Below, one piece after another: positions 58,140 through 61,530 of a stretch of 61,530 nt of DNA. The DNA lies in UHGV virus genome UHGV-2167453; one strand, given 5' to 3'. The first letter of the stretch is position 1, and every line of letters starts with the position of its first letter. Both the position numbers and the translations under genes were made by a program. Under the pieces are notes generated by a model. That model did not search any database. It was not told the DNA's origin and was given only the letters and a program-made list of their open reading frames with translations. This DNA comes from a virus.

Positions 58140-58283
58140 TCTCCTTTACATAATCCGGACATTCTACCGCATATTCGTAGCTGTCTATATCATCGCACTG
58201 AATATTGCATTGGTCTTTTATCTGACATTCCAGACAACACGCATTCTGTCCGTACAAGCAATAATTCTTGCATCCCATTTACT
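58140..58283 (-). CDS. Small Cys-rich protein (47 aa, MGCKNYCLYGQNACCLECQIKDQCNIQCDD...)
   Basis: SD ggagagg; 9 Cys. Confidence 0.35.
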
Positions 58284-58977
58284 GTTCCTCTCCATATTTG
58301 AATTCGCACTTAATCTGTCTAGCTGAAACAATCATATTCACGAAATCAGCTGCATGGTTAATTTCAATATTTACCGGAATTCCATAGTCATCAAACATCT
58401 TAATTTCATAATGCTCGTCTACTAATTCCAAAACATCAGCAAAATCATTGTCCTCGTCTGGAAATCCATCGAGAATATCTCTGATTTCATCTTCGATGTT
58501 TGACAGTAATGAAATCATCGGAACATTGACTGTTCTCTGCGGAATTACAAGCCTTCTGGTTGCCTCTCCGCAAGTCAGAAGTAGCTCATATTCGCACTCG
58601 TAATATCCTTCTGTCAGATAAGCGTTTTCCGGGAATTCGTCCGTCACTGTCGGTCTATTCTTGCTGCTCTCCTGGATATCATACGGAACATAATAGTCAA
58701 TCACATTCTTATCTTCTATCGTTTCTCGACTAAAGACGGTATGCTCTTTTTCTAACAATGTTACGTTCTCCCGGAATCTGTCAAATTCCGCTGTATTGCC
58801 TTTCTCAGCATCAACCTTGAAGAATGATTCGAATTCTCCGGTATTAACATTCTTTCTGCCGATTATACTCGAATAAATGTCCGGAATTGCTGTTCCTCTA
58901 CATTCAAGTTCAATTTTGTTTTTAAGAATCAACCCTTTTGCTTCTAAATCTTCTCTTGCTATTCCTGTTAATTTCAT
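58279..58977 (-). CDS. Hypothetical protein
   Basis: 232 aa from MKLTGIAREDLE. Confidence 0.3.
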   Translation of the reverse strand: MKLTGIAREDLEAKGLILKNKIELECRGTAIPDIYSSIIGRKNVNTGEFESFFKVDAEKGNTAEFDRFRENVTLLEKEHTVFSRETIEDKNVIDYYVPYDIQESSKNRPTVTDEFPENAYLTEGYYECEYELLLTCGEATRRLVIPQRTVNVPMISLLSNIEDEIRDILDGFPDEDNDFADVLELVDEHYEIKMFDDYGIPVNIEINHAADFVNMIVSARQIKCEFKYGEEQ

Positions 58978-59021
58978 AATTCGTGTTCCTCTTTCCATTT
59001 CTTCTCACCTACGCAAATCTT

Positions 59022-60140
59022 TCATTTCGGCATTACTTCCGGGAAGTCCTCTATAGACATTTGACCTTTTAACTTTCCTGCTTTTTTATCTTCCATTCTT
59101 TTCTTTTTGTATTCGTTATACTGTTTTCGATACTCATAACTTTTTCCAAAAATGTTCCATGCTGCTTTTACTACATTCGGTTCATAAGGTCTGATTTTCT
59201 CCAAATCATCCACAGCTTTGTATGATATAGGGCAACCGCAACATCCTGTTCTTGTCAGTCCGTATACCTCATAAGCATCGGAATACTTGATTCCGTAATA
59301 GTTTTTGTACCATTCCTTATCTTTGTCAGATACATAATAAAGAGGTCTCAAACGATACTGTCCGCTTGCAGTCTCAGTAAAGCACAATGCTGTATTATCC
59401 TTTCTTGGAACTGATCTCATTCCACCTTCATCTCTTCGTTCTCCGGTTATCACCATGTCGTATGATTTCTGAACCTTATGAGCAATTTGCTTTTTGCAGT
59501 AGTCACAACATTTCGCACTTATCATAAAATCCGGTGGATATTCCTCAATAAAATCACGCATATACTTTGAAGAGTTGATTACCAGCTGAATGTTCGGTCT
59601 TGGTTCTCCTTTAGAATTGCAGCAACAAAGAAAGTTGATTAAACTCTCACACTTCGGATATCTTTCTTTCAGTTCTTTTCTCTTTGCCGCTTTATCCTTT
59701 GCCTGGTCGTACTCTTGAGCAATAGACAGTGGAACTCCTTTTTTCTGCCAATCTGATAATCCTCCAGACATAATCTTTGATACAAATGGAATTCCATATT
59801 TTCTCGTGGATTGCACGATATTGATTTTCGGTCTTACTTCTTCAATCTCAACACCATATTTCTCAGCAACATCTTTCACATGGTCTTTTGTTGCTTTCAT
59901 TTCCAATCCAGTGTTGAAAAACACATATTTGATTGGTGGAAGTTCAAATATCCGTCTCGTCCTTTCAATCAGGTCAATCATAATGTCACTATCAGCACCG
60001 CCAGAGTAGGAACAAATAGCATTAGGATGTTCCCTCAATCTTTTTGCGATAATACTCTTAATTGCTTCAAATTTTGCCGGAGAATCAAAGTCTGCATAAT
60101 CCGGTCTATCTGTGTATACTTTACTTACTCCTGTTTTCAT
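59022..60140 (-). CDS. PAPS-reductase/PP-loop ATP pyrophosphatase family protein
   Basis: PP-loop ICSYSGGADSDIM; ITGERRDEGGMR; C-terminal CCGCP cysteine cluster. Confidence 0.65.
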   Translation of the reverse strand: MKTGVSKVYTDRPDYADFDSPAKFEAIKSIIAKRLREHPNAICSYSGGADSDIMIDLIERTRRIFELPPIKYVFFNTGLEMKATKDHVKDVAEKYGVEIEEVRPKINIVQSTRKYGIPFVSKIMSGGLSDWQKKGVPLSIAQEYDQAKDKAAKRKELKERYPKCESLINFLCCCNSKGEPRPNIQLVINSSKYMRDFIEEYPPDFMISAKCCDYCKKQIAHKVQKSYDMVITGERRDEGGMRSVPRKDNTALCFTETASGQYRLRPLYYVSDKDKEWYKNYYGIKYSDAYEVYGLTRTGCCGCPISYKAVDDLEKIRPYEPNVVKAAWNIFGKSYEYRKQYNEYKKKRMEDKKAGKLKGQMSIEDFPEVMPK

Positions 60141-61124
60141 CTTCTCGAAAGGAGCCGATATATCTTTGCCCGGCCGGAGCTCCGTCTCCTTTCTGTAATT
60201 TAATGTTATTTATAGCAAAGCGTATCAACCAACTCTGCTACAAGATCTACGCACTGTTCACTTATGCTATCTCGCTGCGTCACATCTTCTGCACAATTAA
60301 TATCGTTTGCATCGACAAATTCATGTAGTTTGCAAAGTACCTGTTCTTCTCTTACTGTCATCATTACTTCACCTCATTCGCAAGCTGGAATCCCATTCTT
60401 GCCACATTCCTAAGATTCTCTCTAATCAGTGCTTTGTTCGGGCTCCTGTGTGTATCAAGAAATTTCCACAGCTCTATCTGTTCACTTGGCATGTTTGCGA
60501 CATAATCAGCTGTGTACTCATACTCAGCTTTTGCGACTTTCAAACACTGAATCATGTAATCTATCTTTTCTCCTGTGTTCATCATTGCTTCACCTCGTAT
60601 CTAAATTCCATAAGCGAGAAGAATTTCCCATCGTGATTTTCACAGTAGTTTTTCAGCACATCCATGCAAGAATCACTATTTCCAATTTCTTCTTCATGCA
60701 CGACTTTTCTTTTTTCATCCACTACAAGGCAATAAATTTTCTGTGTAACCTCGACTTCTTTCTTCTCATGGTCTTTCTTCCACTGCTTGAGGATTTCGAT
60801 AACTTGTTCAGGGTATTTTCTAAAAATTTATTGCAGAAAAGATTTTCACCATTATTAAGTCTACTGAACTTACATTCAGAACATGAAATACTTTCACACA
60901 TTTCACACTTAAGCCTAATTGCTTCTTCTGCTGTCAGTTCTTCTGCCAATCCATTAAGCATTTCGTCTGCCCACTTATAGTCATCTTCTACAACTTTGTA
61001 GTAATCATCATGCACGGATTTAATCGCTACGATCTTTTTCTTTAACATTTCATCAACTGCATATAAACCACCATACAGCTCCGTATTTTTTAAGTCACTC
61101 CTGACTCTGACCTTATCTCCTACT

Positions 61125-61530
61125 TTATATCTCATTACGCTTCTCCTCATTAACAACTTTTCCGTCAACCATCGTGTACCATGTATCTTCTTTGATTGTC
61201 TCTCCGTCAACACGAACCATCACAGCATCTTTGAGTTCCCACATATCTTCTTTATAATAGTTATCTAATTCTTTTCCTTTACACTTCCAGTCTGCAAGGA
61301 CAAGGAACGAGCCTTTCACGCCTTTTGCTTTTCCTTTATATCCCCAAGCCACAGCGACAGCGTTAGGGCTTTCTGCTGAGGATGCTCCGTAGTATCCTGT
61401 CGCTGAGGATGCTCCACAGTTTCCTGTCGCTGAGGATGCTCCGTAGTCTCCTGTCGCTGAGGATGCTCCTTTGTATCCTGTCGCTGAGGATGCTCCGTAG
61501 TATCCTGTCGCTGAGGATGCTCCTTTGTAT
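61125..61530 (-). CDS. 3' part of the same repeat-containing protein (repeats then ...AWGYKGKAKGVKGSFLVLADWKCKGKELDNYY...NEI); consistent with circular join to 1..503
   Basis: Frame of ORF 61125..61352 is open upstream through the repeats and reads GASSATGYY... in same frame as window start. Confidence 0.55.
   Translation of the reverse strand, partial: YKGASSATGYYGASSATGYKGASSATGDYGASSATGNCGASSATGYYGASSAESPNAVAVAWGYKGKAKGVKGSFLVLADWKCKGKELDNYYKEDMWELKDAVMVRVDGETIKEDTWYTMVDGKVVNEEKRNEI
61369..61530. repeat. Tandem 27-nt repeat array (about 6 units) at window end, phase-continuous with array at window start
   Basis: Last unit ends ...gctcctttgtat and window start begins cctgtcgctgagg, reconstituting the unit exactly. 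Confidence 0.9.

Overview
The window looks like a complete, circularly permuted genome of a temperate siphovirus-like phage from a low-GC Firmicutes (Clostridia-like) host. It is about 61.5 kb, AT-rich, and almost all genes are on the minus strand. The two window ends join in-frame inside a gene made of 27-nt tandem repeats, which is why I treat it as circular.

Gene order, read along the minus strand:
- Replication and recombination module (0.5-7.4 kb): replisome organizer with DnaD-like C-terminus, G39P-like protein, SSB, RusA-like resolvase, RecT with a PD-(D/E)XK exonuclease, and Rha/KilAC antirepressors.
- Immunity switch (7.9-9.9 kb): a Cro-like XRE gene and two divergent plus-strand XRE/CI-like repressors, with repeated TAGGAT operator motifs.
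- Lysis cassette (9.9-11.8 kb): GH25 endolysin, holin, and a membrane protein.
- Diversity-generating retroelement, DGR (12.3-15.4 kb): a reverse transcriptase, a 102-bp template repeat (TR), and a variable repeat (VR) covering the last ~32 codons of a 504-aa tail-fibre-like protein. The TR and VR differ only at adenine positions.
- Tail module (15.8-27.2 kb): a 1360-aa tape measure protein with a lytic transglycosylase domain, tail chaperones joined by a -1 frameshift at a T7 run, and a major tail protein.
- Head and packaging module (27.9-35.7 kb): major capsid protein, scaffold, portal, large terminase, and a small-terminase-like HTH protein.
- tRNA cluster (35.7-36.4 kb): tRNA-Gln, tRNA-Arg, tRNA-Ser and one non-canonical tRNA-like gene.
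- Accessory region (36.6-61.1 kb):
  - two paralogous ~130-nt small RNA genes, each with its own promoter and terminator, bracketing an ~8.6-kb module;
  - that module, which holds a ribbon-helix-helix (RHH) repressor with five operator copies, a plus-strand operon ending in an FtsK/SpoIIIE-like ATPase, an 11-copy TATATAT array, a second RHH protein and an ORF6N antirepressor;
  - a BclA/C1q-like protein and N/Q-rich secreted proteins;
  - an HNH-like endonuclease;
  - a tyrosine integrase with an Xis-like gene and a candidate attP;
  - a PAPS-reductase-family protein;
  - many small Cys-rich open reading frames.

The strongest finding is the DGR, which has no recognisable avd gene.
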